Shown here: positions 39,439 through 49,860 of the stretch, one piece after another | Position numbering within the stretch: position 1 is the stretch's first letter | Layout of the letters: every line of letters starts with the position of its first letter | Made by a program: the position numbers and the translations under genes | Source of the DNA: an uncultured Chloroflexia bacterium | Lineage (GTDB): Bacteria; Chloroflexota; Dehalococcoidia; UBA2979 | Direction of reading: 5' to 3' | DNA length: 64,000 nt | Assembly (NCBI GenBank): GCA_963728205.1 | Contig: CAVSIV010000006.1 | Coordinates: 320,001 to 384,000 of the forward strand | Notes under the pieces: generated by a model | The model's database searches: none | The model's input: the letters and a program-made list of their open reading frames with translations, nothing else | What the model was told of the DNA's origin: nothing

Positions 39439-40850
39439 CTAGAGACCCGGCGGGGGCCAGGTCACGAAGATCGCGCTCCCGTCCGGAGTCCAGCGGACGA
39501 GCGGCTTGCCGCCCGCATCCCCGTCGATGGGCGCGACGGGCGCGGTGCGCTGGACGCCCGTCGCGAGGTCGACAACCACAATCTCGTACGCCTGGCGGTA
39601 GGTGTGCGCCGCCGACCGCGCGAACGCGACCTTCGTGGCGTCGGGGGAGAAGACGCCGATGGCGGCGTCGCGCAGGCACAGCCCGTCGGGTCCGGCGCGC
39701 GGGTGCTCGACGAGGATCCCGCCGCACCCCGGCGCGTCCGAGAGCAGCGCCGCGGGCACGCCATCGGCGCGTGCAATCCCGTGCTCGTCGGGACGCGCGC
39801 CGAAGAATGCGCCGAGCACCGGGCTGCCCGGCCACTTCGCGAGTACCGCGCCGGTCACGGGATCGACGACCGTCGTCTCCTTCGCGAGGGACGGGTCCTG
39901 CGGCGAGTAGACGAGCGCTGGCCCCTGCCACGCCCAGTCCGCCGGCCACGCCACCGACGGCAGGTCGAGCTTCGTTCCGCGGTCGAGGTCCTCGAGCACG
40001 GTGCCGCCCTGGTCGTCGGGGTGGAGGAGACGGTCGCCGTCGGGCGACCACGTCGGCGAGCTCAGGTAGCCACCCATGTGGTGACCGTCGCCCAGCGAGC
40101 GGGTCGTGTGGCGCTCGGCGTCGTAGAGGTACGCCGCGCTCCCGCCGGTCTCCAGGTCGAGGAGGCAGCGGCCCGACGGCGACCAGCTGGGGACGGCACG
40201 CAGGTCACAGCCGCCGCAGTCGACGAGCGTCGCGTCGATGCGCACGTTGGCGCCGGAGCGGAGGTCGAGCACCCAGTCCTGGTAGGTGCCGCCCGGCCGG
40301 TTCGAGGCGCCGGGGGAGTCGACGCGGTAGAGCATGCGCGTGCCGTCTGGCGAGAAGCTGCCGCAGTTCGCGCGGTAGGCGACGCCCTCGATGACGGCGT
40401 GCAGGTCGCCGCGCTGCGCCTGGGTGCACGCTGGCACGGGCGCGGCGTCCGGGGCGGGGGTGGGGGTCGGGTAGGCATCGCGCTCCTCGAGGCGCGTGCC
40501 GTCGGGGGCGAAGTGGAGGTATTGCTGCGTGTCCTCCACGTGCAACCAGACGCTGCCGTCGTCGAGCATGTACGAGAAGTAGGCGACGGTGCCGTGGAGG
40601 AGGTCGTGCGGCGCGAGCGTACCGGCGTCGAGAAAGAGGGCGCCGTGGGCGGGGCCAGGCGTCGGCGTCAGGACCGGGGTCGGCGACGGGGCCGGGGTGG
40701 CCGTCGACAAGGGTGTCGGAACTGCGGACGACGTGCCAATCGCGGCTGCGGGCGTCGCCGTCCGCGTCGGCTGGGCGCGAGCGCAGCCGGCGACGACCAA
40801 ACCGCCACGAAGAGCGCGAAGAGCGCGAGCGGGATTGGGCGCAACCGCAT
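39439..40850 (-). CDS. TolB-like beta-propeller lipoprotein (frameshift ~40800)
   Basis: VVAGC lipobox; FSPDG/WSPSG/WSPDG/WTPDG repeats; CGGCD. Confidence 0.75.
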
Positions 40851-41010
40851 CTGAAACCTGCCTACCACCCGCGTCCTGTGACCGGCCACCAACCGGCGTA
40901 CGTCCGTTGCAATCGAATCCGTTCCCGGGACCTTCGCGGACGCGAGCGAGATCCGGCAGCCGCGGACGCTGCGCCGGGTGACCCGACCAGCGAGGCGTGC
41001 CGGCCTCGCC

Positions 41011-42593
41011 TCAGCTTGCGGGCATCGGACCGTAATTCCAGAGCGGCGCCCGGGTCCCCGGATGCACGGTGAAGTGCTCCCACAACTCGTGCCCCTGCCC
41101 GTTGTAGAGCGTGACGGCGGCCCCCGCGCGTCCGCACGCGGCGGGCTGCCCGGCCGCCCCCAGCACGAGCACGGGCGCGGGGTCCGTCCGCGCATCCGCG
41201 CTCGCGCATACCGCGCCGGCGACCTTCGCCGTGATCACGCCCTGGCTCTTCCGCACCCTGGCCACAGCTGGGTCGTCCGCGTAGTCCATCAGCTGGATCA
41301 GGAACGTCGTCGTGGTCGGCGCCTGCCACTGCGCGCTCGCGAACGGCTCGTGCTGCACGGCGACGACCGCGTCGGTGACCGTCACGTCGCCGTTGTCGAG
41401 GAACGGCTGCACGACCGGCGCGAGGCGGCCGGTCGTGACGTCGAGCAGCACGGGCACCGCGCCGTCGTCGTGCGCGCTCGCGGGAAGTTGCAGCTGCGCG
41501 GCGGTCAGCGGCGCGGTCAGCGCCACGTGCGAGTCGTCCACCCACGCCGCGCCGTCGGCGTATACCGCCGCGCCGGGGAGCGAGCGCGTCGAGTAGGTCG
41601 CCATCGGATGGAACCGGCCCTGCTCGCCGACGACGAAGACGCTCCACTCGTGGACGGTGCGGCCGCCGGCCGCGTACGCCCAGTCGACGAAGAGCCGGCG
41701 GCCGTCGACGCTCGCGACAGCGGACACGCCGGTCGCCGTCTCGCCCGACCGCAGCAGGTCCTGCAGGTCGAGGGCCACGGAGCCGTCGGCGCGCACGAGC
41801 CGCGCGTGCGACCACCACAGCACGGTGCCGTCGGGCCGCACCACCGCTGGTCTCCGGATCCCGGGCATGGCCGGTGGGGTCACCCGATCGCCCGAGGGAT
41901 ACCACTCGAGGCGGTCGAAACGCGTCGTCGACTGCGGGTCGTCGCGCAGCAGGAGCACGTGGTCGTGCGCGGTGGCGCCGACCGGCACAGCCGCGGCGTC
42001 GATCGGGCTGCCTGCCGTCCACGTTTGCCCGCCATCGCGTGAGATTTGAAGGATGGTCCGCGCGCCCTGTGGCGGGCCCTCCCCGCCGCAGGACCCCGTG
42101 CTGCACTCGCCGACGACGACCAGGCCGGGCGGTAACCCGGCGCCGAGGATGCCGGTGAGGTCGCTCGCGATCAGCGTCGGTGAGGGCGGCACGCCGCTCG
42201 AGCGGCCGACAATCGGCTGATGGATGACGCTGCCGTCGGGGGCGGTGAAGACGCGCTCGACGCGATCCGGCCGCCGTCCGTGTACGGGCGGTAGACCTCC
42301 ACGACGAGCGCCAGGTGTGGCGGCAGCGCGATGGGGTCGGCGACGGAGAGGGCCCCGAAGCGGTCCGCGGGCGTCGTTGCCGCCGCGGTCGACGTCGCCT
42401 GCACGGGCGTGCCCGTCGCTGCCGCCGCTGGCCCGGTCGAAGCAGCGGGGGTCGGGGCGGGAGGGGAGTGGCCGCTGCACGCCGCGCCCAGGAGCGCGAC
42501 CGCGATCAGCGCGCCGGCGAGGACGGCGCGCGGTGTCCGTCTCGCCCGCGCGGCGGCGGGGTCGGATCCGATGAACGCGGGGATCGCGTACAT
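41011..42593 (-). CDS. Lipoprotein (frameshift ~42270)
   Basis: LLGAAC lipobox in 42171..42665 frame; continues in 41011..42480 with SRDGGQTW. Confidence 0.6.
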
Positions 42594-42925
42594 CACCGCA
42601 GCCTCACTGGACCGGTCGCCGCCACGAGCCGCTGGGTCGCCGCCGGGGGACGCCCGGCGCTGCAATTAGGGCCCCCATCGCGAGCATGGCCGCGACGGCG
42701 AGTGCGACGAGGACGCCAGCGGGGCGCGGATGTCGGCGGGTGCGTTGGGGACATGCCACCACGCAATCCCGGCACTCTCGCCTGCGGCGCCGCGTACTTC
42801 CGGGCGTGACCGGCAACGTAGATGGCGAGGCTGGCCCTGTCACGCTGCCGACACCGCCGTCCGAGGGGGCGAGGCCGCTCGGGAAACGAAGGAGGGTGAA
42901 GGGGTCGCCAGCACCGGCGGGGTAT

Positions 42926-42951
42926 GCGTACTGACGAGCCCTTCAGTACGC
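42926..42951. promoter_or_regulatory. Inverted repeat, putative operator
   Basis: GCGTACTGA-N8-TCAGTACGC in intergenic DNA. Confidence 0.45.
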
Positions 42952-43122
42952 GCATCATAGCGCCTCGAAGTGATAACCCGCCATAGCGGATGACGAAATT
43001 GGCGAGGCCGTACGCGATGACCGCGCATCCGGGGCTGGGCGCGCGGGACCGGCCCGCGGTCTTCCCGGCCTCCGCTGCAGGACCATGCGCGCACCGCGCG
43101 GACAGGCATCGGGACGCGCCAG

Positions 43123-43485
43123 CTACGCGCGCTCGACCAGCCGGGCGAGGTCCCCCGGATCGAAGGGCTTGAAGAGCGTGCGCGCCCCGAGCGCCTCGGC
43201 CGCGGCGGCGACCTTGCGCGAGGTCGTCATCGCCACCACCCGCAAGGCCTGGTCTCCGCTGGTCTCGTGCAGCCGACGGAGGTCATCAAGCCCCTCGCCG
43301 CTCGGAGCCGGTAGGTCGAGGAACAGGACGGTCGGGCCGAAGCAGTCGACCTCCGCGCACACGTCCGCCGGCGCCAGCACCGCGCGGACGTGGTGTCCCG
43401 CCTCCTCGAGATCCAGGCGGAGGAGGTCGGCGATGGCCCGGTCGTGCTCGATGATCAGCACGCGCTCGGCGCGCGAGGTCGCCAT
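43123..43485 (-). CDS. Single-domain atypical response regulator
   Basis: VLIIEHD, LFLDL, AMTT, KPFD. Confidence 0.75.
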   Translation of the reverse strand: MATSRAERVLIIEHDRAIADLLRLDLEEAGHHVRAVLAPADVCAEVDCFGPTVLFLDLPAPSGEGLDDLRRLHETSGDQALRVVAMTTSRKVAAAAEALGARTLFKPFDPGDLARLVERA

Positions 43486-43654
43486 GCCCGTTTCCGTCTT
43501 CCGCCATGACGGCAGTTCGCAGGTGCTCCCCGAGCGGCCGACCCACCGCGCCGGGCGCCCGCAGCATATGCGCTGCGAATCTGCTCCGAGCGCTGCACGG
43601 CCACGCGCCGCCCGTGGGACCGGCACCGACCGGCCTCGCGGCCCGCAGCTCGCC

Positions 43655-44851
43655 TCACGAGTTCGCGGCCTCGAGGTAGCCGTGCACGGCCGCCGCCACT
43701 CGCCCGAAGGTGTCCGGCGCCGCCCACCCGTTGGAGAGGATCGCCAGCACGTACGTGCCGAACGGCGCCCGGACAATCGCGACGTCGTGGGCGGCGCCCG
43801 GGTAGTCGCCGGTCTTGTTTCCGACGACGCTGCCGTCGTCGGAAATGCCGCTGGGGATGCGCGAGCGGATCCGCTGCTGCGCGAGCAGGTCGAACACCTG
43901 GGCGGCCACCGCGGGCGTCGGCTTCCCGCGCGCGATCGCCTCGAGCACGCGCGCCATGTCCGCCGCCGTGGTCGGCAGGGCCGAGTCGTTGACGCGGGTG
44001 TCGGCGGCCCCGAGCGCGCGCAGGTCGCGATCGACGTTGGCCCGGCCCACCACGTCGCCGACAAGGTTGGCGAGCGCGTTGTCGCTCGCGACGGTCATCA
44101 GGCGGATCGCGTCGGCGAGCGGGAGCGTCTCGCCCGCCTGCAGTCCCAGCGGCCCCATGGTGCCGAGGTCCTCGGCGGCGTACGTCGGGCGCAGCACCAC
44201 CTGCCGCGTCGAATCGAGCGTCCCCCGGGCCTGCTGCCACGCCGCCTCGACGAGGAGGGGCAGCTTGAACAGGCTGGCCGCGTAGTAGGTGCGGTCCGCG
44301 TCGACGGCGGCGTAGCGGTCGCTCCCGACGTCGATGGCGACCACGCTGATCTCGCCGGGCTCCCCGGCGATCGCATCGCGGATCGTCGTCTCGAGGGCGG
44401 GGTCTTCAGCGAGCGGGGGCTCGACCTGGACGGGCATCGGCGGTGCCGCGTCAGACACGTATCGGCAGTCGGCGCAGTCCGCTGCGCCCGCGGCGGTCGA
44501 TGCGCCGGGCGGGTCGGACGGGCGGCCCGGCGCGGACGCGGACCGCCTCGCGGGCGCGGGGCCGGCGGTGGATGCGAACGCGAGCGCTCCCGAGGGCGCC
44601 ACCGGAGTCGGCCGGGCAGGCGCCGCATCGGCCCCCGCGCGCGGCGTCGCGGACAGGTCCGTGTGGGACGCGGTGGTGACGGGGCCGCCGGACCCGCACG
44701 CGGCAATCGCGATCGCGAGCGTCGCCGTGACGGCCAGCATCCATCTCCGGAGCACGCGGTGGCACGTCCGCGGCCCCTCGGCGGCGACCCGTCGTGCGAC
44801 CCGGCCGTCGCCCGGGCGGCGCGCGGCGTCCCGCCGACCCGAAGGACTCAC
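43655..44851 (-). CDS. Class A beta-lactamase-like serine hydrolase lipoprotein
   Basis: AASLFK (SxxK), SDN, KTG; lipobox IAAC. Confidence 0.85.
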   Translation of the reverse strand: MSPSGRRDAARRPGDGRVARRVAAEGPRTCHRVLRRWMLAVTATLAIAIAACGSGGPVTTASHTDLSATPRAGADAAPARPTPVAPSGALAFASTAGPAPARRSASAPGRPSDPPGASTAAGAADCADCRYVSDAAPPMPVQVEPPLAEDPALETTIRDAIAGEPGEISVVAIDVGSDRYAAVDADRTYYAASLFKLPLLVEAAWQQARGTLDSTRQVVLRPTYAAEDLGTMGPLGLQAGETLPLADAIRLMTVASDNALANLVGDVVGRANVDRDLRALGAADTRVNDSALPTTAADMARVLEAIARGKPTPAVAAQVFDLLAQQRIRSRIPSGISDDGSVVGNKTGDYPGAAHDVAIVRAPFGTYVLAILSNGWAAPDTFGRVAAAVHGYLEAANS

Positions 44852-46056
44852 GTGCCGCTCCCGGCCGGCGTCGCGACGGGAGGCAGTGGGGCCAGCGCGT
44901 GGAGCGCCGTCCGCACCGCGGCGGCCTCCTCGGTGGTGGCCGGCCGTGGCCGGTCCTCGACCGGATCGATGAAGGCGGGGCGCACCGTGAGCGCGGGCGG
45001 CGCGTCGGGCGCGAGCGTGACCACCGCCACCGCGGTCTCGAACGGCGCACGCCCGAGCGTGGCGAGGTCACCTGTGTCGAGGTCGAACACGAAGTTGCCG
45101 AGGCTGTAGAGGATGAGGCCTCCGCGATAGCGCTCCCACGGCTGGAGCACGTGCGGGTGCGCGCCGATCACGAGGTCCGCGCCGGCGTCAATCGCGAGGT
45201 GCGCGAGCGAGCGCTGGCGCTGGCTGGGCACCGCCTGGTACTCGTAGCCGGCGTGGAGCATGACGACGACATAATCCGCTCGGGCCCCCGCGGCGGTGAT
45301 CGCGGCGGCCATCCCATCGGAGGCCGCCGCGACGCCCGGCCCGTCCGCGGTCGCGACGCGCGTCTGCCCGATGTCGTCGAAGCCGAGCATCGCGACGGTT
45401 GCGCCGCGCGCGTGGAGCAGGAGGGGCGCCGCGGCCGCCGCCGCCGAGTCGCCGGCGCCGAACCAGCCGACGCCGACGCGGTCCAGCGCGGCCTCGGTGT
45501 CGGCAAGCCCGGACGCGCCGAAGTCGTAGGAGTGGTTGTTCGCCAGCGTCACCGCGCTGAAGCCGCCGGCGACGAGCGCGTCGGCGAGCGGCGGCGGCGT
45601 GCGGAACGTGTATTCCTTGGCGGCCGGCGTGCCGCGGTCGGTGAACGTGCCCTCGAGGTTGCCGACGACGAGGTCCGCGCCCGCCAGCAGAGCGCGCACG
45701 CGCGCGAACGGATAGTCGACGCCGCGGTCGGCCATGAGCATGGTGACGTCGCGCGCGAACATCAGGTCGCCCACCGCGGCGAGCGTGACCACCGGCGGCG
45801 CGACCGCGGTCGGCGCCGCCGCGACTGCGGCGGTCGCGGGCGTGGTCGCATGCACGATGCCGACGGTCGGCACGCCCGCCCCGTGTCCTTGGAGGGCTGG
45901 GCCGCAGCCGAGGACCACGAGAGCGGCGCCGGCGAGCACGAGCATCGCTGCGTGCCCGCGACGCAGTGGCCAAGGCCACCCGCGGACCCTGGCGGCGGCT
46001 CGCGCGGGCGGCCGGGTCCCGGGGCAGGTGATGGACGGAGGCGTCGCCGCGGTCAC
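44848..46056 (-). CDS. CapA/PGA_cap family metallophosphoesterase
   Basis: VGDLM, GNLE, LANNHSYDFG, MLHAG.E, GAHPHVLQ, YSLGNFVF. Confidence 0.88.
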   Translation of the reverse strand: MTAATPPSITCPGTRPPARAAARVRGWPWPLRRGHAAMLVLAGAALVVLGCGPALQGHGAGVPTVGIVHATTPATAAVAAAPTAVAPPVVTLAAVGDLMFARDVTMLMADRGVDYPFARVRALLAGADLVVGNLEGTFTDRGTPAAKEYTFRTPPPLADALVAGGFSAVTLANNHSYDFGASGLADTEAALDRVGVGWFGAGDSAAAAAAPLLLHARGATVAMLGFDDIGQTRVATADGPGVAAASDGMAAAITAAGARADYVVVMLHAGYEYQAVPSQRQRSLAHLAIDAGADLVIGAHPHVLQPWERYRGGLILYSLGNFVFDLDTGDLATLGRAPFETAVAVVTLAPDAPPALTVRPAFIDPVEDRPRPATTEEAAAVRTALHALAPLPPVATPAGSGT

Positions 46057-46910
46057 TCCGCGCTGGCCGCGAGCTGCTGCGGCGCGACCCGGTAGACCGA
46101 TCGGCCCAGGTCTTCGTCGACCCACGCTCCGTCGACGCCGCGCCGCCGGGTGGTTCCCACGGTCATGAGCTCGCCACGCCGGACCGGCGCGGTCACGAGG
46201 AGTTGCACGCGCGAGGCGAGGGGGCGCGGGCTCCGCAGCGTCGCCGTCACACCCGCGCCGTCGAGGGCGACCGAGAGCCGCACGGGCCACGGGTGCGGGT
46301 TCGAGAACCGCAGATCGCGGTAGGCGTACTCGATCGTGGCGTCGCGTCCGAGCAGGTAGTACCGCTCGTCGCCGTAGGTATCGACGCTGTGACAGTGCCG
46401 CTCCTCGATGCGCAGGTCGCCGAGCAGCGCGGCGTTGTAGACGACCGTCGAGAGCAGGCAGGTCGACCCGCCAACCTCGCTCACGAGCCGGCCGCCGACG
46501 AGCGCCGCGCCGGGCCGGTACCCGCGTCGGGCGGTCGGCTCGCCGGCGAGCCGCCAGAGCGACCACGTCTCCCCGGGCGCGAGCAGGGTGCCGTCGAGCG
46601 CCGCGCCCATGACCCGCAGGTTGTGGCGCTTGTCGGCGGCGAAGCGCGCCTGCCCGGGGTAGTCGTGGACCGGGAGCCGATACGAGGCGATCTCGTGGGG
46701 CCAGCCGTTCGCGCCGTCGCGCCCCGCGGCGAACCGAACGCCACGGTCGTGCCACCAGCGGCGTGCGACCGCGAGGCGCAGTCGCCAGCGGCGCGGCACC
46801 CATCGTCGCGCGAGCCGGCGAGCGGCGCCCGTCGTCGCGCGGAGACGCGCGATCCCGCCGCGAACGACCGCGCGACGCGTCGAGCCGGCATGCGGCGAGA
46901 TTCGCACCAT
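46053..46910 (-). CDS. VanW-family protein
   Basis: KRHNL...GTLLAPGETWS...GGSTCLLSTVVYNAAL...ERHCHS...GRDATI...DLRFSN. Confidence 0.85.
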   Translation of the reverse strand: MVRISPHAGSTRRAVVRGGIARLRATTGAARRLARRWVPRRWRLRLAVARRWWHDRGVRFAAGRDGANGWPHEIASYRLPVHDYPGQARFAADKRHNLRVMGAALDGTLLAPGETWSLWRLAGEPTARRGYRPGAALVGGRLVSEVGGSTCLLSTVVYNAALLGDLRIEERHCHSVDTYGDERYYLLGRDATIEYAYRDLRFSNPHPWPVRLSVALDGAGVTATLRSPRPLASRVQLLVTAPVRRGELMTVGTTRRRGVDGAWVDEDLGRSVYRVAPQQLAASAE

Positions 46911-47123
46911 CGGTGGGCGCTCCTGGGCCTCGCCCGCCGCCGCCCCTGGCGGCCGTCGTTGGTCCCCACGTGTCGGGACCGCACTCCTTGGACGCTCGAC
47001 CGGGTCCGGCGGTTCCTGCTGCAAGCGACCGCAGTCGTCGGTCCGGACCAGCGATCCAGCGCACGCGCGCCGGGATATGACGATGACACCGCGATGTGGC
47101 GGCTGGCGCTGCCCGCAAATCAT

Positions 47124-47143
47124 GTACGCTGCGGCGTACGTCA
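47124..47143 (-). promoter_or_regulatory. Operator-like motif, copy 2
   Basis: Plus strand GTACGCTGCGGCGTACGTCA between the divergent VanW operon and LuxR gene. Confidence 0.6.
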
Positions 47144-47167
47144 GGGCCGACCAAATCACCCGGAACC

Positions 47168-48712
47168 ATGCCGCCGCTCCTGGATCGCACCCTCATCGAT
47201 GCCGCGCGCGAAGCCATGCGCCGCGCCTACCCGGACCATCCGTGGCGCGAGCCATACCGGGAGGCGGTGGCGTGTGCGTACCAGGCGGGAGATCTCGCGG
47301 CGGTCGCGGAGCTGAGCGTCCTCGCGGCCGCGCACCTCTCCGGCGAGGCGCGCATCGCGGAGGCCATCGCGGAGGTGGAGCACGGGCTGGCGCTCGCCGC
47401 CGGCCATCCGGCGTCGCAGGCCCACCTGCTCCGCGCGCGTTCGAGCCTGGAGCTGTTTGCCGACGACCCCACGGTGGCGCTGCACACGCTCGAGCAGGCC
47501 GCCGCGGTCGACGTTCCGGACCCCGGCGCCCGGGATCGCGCGGACCGCGCGATTCGCGAGGTGATCGCCCGCTGCGTCTGCCTGCGGGCGGTGCGACCGG
47601 AGGAGTTCGACGCCGTGCGGCTGCTCGCCGAAGGCACGGACTTCGACTGGCTCGCGACCGGCCTCAAGCAATGGGTGGCCCCGTACCTGCTGGCATCCGG
47701 CCATCCTCGCGAGGCCGGGCCGTGGGCCGAGTCGCTCACGACCCACGCACGTGCGCGGGGGTCCAGCTGGCGCATGGCGGATGCGGCGGCGCAGGTGCGG
47801 GAGGTGAGCGCGGCGCGCGGCGAGCGCCCCGCGCCGGCGGGTGCCGACCTGCTGCCGGGCGGGACGAACGGTCCGGCAATCTGGGCCACGGCGGCGCTCG
47901 ATCTGCACCAGGCGCTGATCCGCGCGGACGCCGCCGCAGCCGACGAGGCGCTGGGCCGCCTGACCCCGGGGCGGATCCTCGCGCCGCCGGCACTGGGTCA
48001 GCCGCGGCGGGCGTTCGAGGCGCTGGTGGTCGCGCTCGACGGCGGGCGTGCGCCGCCGCTGGAGTGCCCCGAACAGCCGAGCCTCCTCAACCTGAGCAGC
48101 GTGCTTGCCGCCGCGGAAGCCGTCGCCGTCGGCGGCTCGCAGGAGGACGCGGTCCGCTGGACGCGGTGGCTGGACGGACGGCTCCCCGACTCGATTGAGA
48201 GTTGCCCCGACTGGCCGGTGTCCGTGCATCGCATCCGGGCGCTGCTCGCCGCGCGCGCGGGCGACGTCCGCCACGGCGTCGCCCGCATGCGGCTCGCCGT
48301 CGCCTGGGCGGACGCCGCCCGGCAGCCCGTGGAGGCGGCGATCGCGCGGGTGCAGCTCGCCGAGCTGATCGCCGTCGCGCCTCGCGCGATCGCCCGCCGG
48401 CAGTGGCTCACGATCCGCGACGACGGACGGTCCGGGTGCCGGGCGCTGGCGCTGCCATACCCGCTGCACGCGCACATCGCGGCGTCGGCCGCGGCGCTCG
48501 GGCGCTTCGACTGCGAGCGGCCCCAGCTGGCGCCGCGCGAGATCGAGGTGCTGGGGCTGCTCGCGGAAGGCGAGACGTACCAGCGGAGTGCGGCGCGGCT
48601 GGGGCTGAGCTGGCGGACGGTGCAGACGATCGCTCACCGCGCCTACCAGAAGCTCGGCGTCGCAAATAAGACGCAGGCGATTAGCGAGGCGCGCGAGCTG
48701 GGTCTGCTGTGA
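47168..48712 (+). CDS. Large LuxR-family regulator (helical N-terminus, C-terminal HTH)
   Basis: LAPREIEVLGLLAEG...LGLSWRTVQT...YQKLGV. Confidence 0.8.
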   Translation: MPPLLDRTLIDAAREAMRRAYPDHPWREPYREAVACAYQAGDLAAVAELSVLAAAHLSGEARIAEAIAEVEHGLALAAGHPASQAHLLRARSSLELFADDPTVALHTLEQAAAVDVPDPGARDRADRAIREVIARCVCLRAVRPEEFDAVRLLAEGTDFDWLATGLKQWVAPYLLASGHPREAGPWAESLTTHARARGSSWRMADAAAQVREVSAARGERPAPAGADLLPGGTNGPAIWATAALDLHQALIRADAAAADEALGRLTPGRILAPPALGQPRRAFEALVVALDGGRAPPLECPEQPSLLNLSSVLAAAEAVAVGGSQEDAVRWTRWLDGRLPDSIESCPDWPVSVHRIRALLAARAGDVRHGVARMRLAVAWADAARQPVEAAIARVQLAELIAVAPRAIARRQWLTIRDDGRSGCRALALPYPLHAHIAASAAALGRFDCERPQLAPREIEVLGLLAEGETYQRSAARLGLSWRTVQTIAHRAYQKLGVANKTQAISEARELGLL

Positions 48713-48739
48713 GGCGTTTTCCCGGGTCGCGCTACGCGG

Positions 48740-48759
48740 TGACGTACGACGGCGTGTAC
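48740..48759 (+). promoter_or_regulatory. Operator-like motif, copy 3
   Basis: TGACGTACGACGGCGTGTAC followed by AGCATTTG (cf. ATGATTTG in copies 1 and 2). Confidence 0.55.
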
Positions 48760-48939
48760 AGCATTTGTTGAACGCGTCGGGCGCCCGGCCACGCACATGA
48801 TTCGAACGATGCGCGGTCGCCCCATGCGCTGCTGGGTGGAGTTGCGCCAGTCCGTGCGAGAGCGCGGCGCGACGATGAGCTGATACCACCCGCGGCGACA
48901 GAAACGGAACTCGATGCGATCGCGCGTCGTCTCACTACC

Positions 48940-49774
48940 GTGACCGCACCGCGATCCCGTCGCGCGTTGCGCATCGCGCTGAGCGTGCTCATCGCGGGCA
49001 CCCTGGGCGCCGCTGTGGGCTGCGGCGCAACCCCGTTCGCGCACCCAGCGGGGCCCGCGAGTCCTCCGGCCCCCACCACGGTCGTGACCGGCGGGGCCGA
49101 CCTCCGGCCGCCGTCCTCCGCCGCGCCCACGCCCAGCGGCTCCGCGACCGCCGCGGCGGCGGTCCTCATCGACTGGGTCAACTTCGTGCAGTTCGGCGGG
49201 ATCCAGTACCTCGCCGTCATCCCGTCCGCGCCCGTGGATCCCACGACCGTCGGCCCACATGTCGCCACAGTTCGCCACCGTGCAGGTCAATATCGCGGGC
49301 GTCGTGACCGACCCGTCATACCGGCCACAGGACGGCGACTCCAGCTTCCTCGACGCGGGCACGCCCGTGTACATGCTTCGCGGCTACGACGCGCGCTTCC
49401 GGCTGGTCGCGCCCCACGGCAGCGGTTGGGTGCTGTACGAGGCCGACCGCAACCCGGCGGCCAGGCGCGGTGAGGACCTGCTCGACATCCGAGGCCGCGT
49501 GGCCGCCGTCGAGCTGGACGCCACCGACGGCCGGCCGCTGACCACGGTCAGCGATCCCTCGCAGATCGAGACGCTCCTCAACCTCGTGCTCGACGCGCCC
49601 GTCGACCAGTCCGAGGCGACCGGGTCGGGGCCGCGCTTCTTCATCGTGTTCCACCTCCAGGACGGGACCGAGGCGTCGCGGGCCTACTGGCCGGAGTCGG
49701 GGCTACTCGAGCGAGGCGTCCACCTGCCGTCGTCGTTTGCCGCCGCGCTCGAGCGGGCGCTGCCGGCGTCGTAG
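48940..49774 (+). CDS. Lipoprotein (frameshift ~49275)
   Basis: AAVGC lipobox; IDWVNFVQFGGIQY then DGDSSFLDAGTPVY..GY in the next frame. Confidence 0.65.
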
Positions 49775-49860
49775 AACGGGTCAGGGGACGGCAACGTCGG
49801 TGCGTGAGATTGCGTGGCTTGCTGATGATGCCGCCGGCGCGCAGGGAGAGGCCTACGAGG

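Noticed and set aside
37690-40854. Long plus-strand ORFs (also 43085..45109, 60461..62095, 1342..3333)
   Set aside because: Antisense or shadow ORFs expected at high GC; they overlap well-supported genes
28527-43982. Duplicated segments as a DGR template/variable repeat pair
   Set aside because: Mismatches are not adenine-specific, the repeats are too long, and no reverse transcriptase is present in the window
43655-46910. Bona fide beta-lactam or vancomycin resistance locus
   Set aside because: No vanH/A/X; SxxK-SDN-KTG and VanW domains alone do not establish resistance
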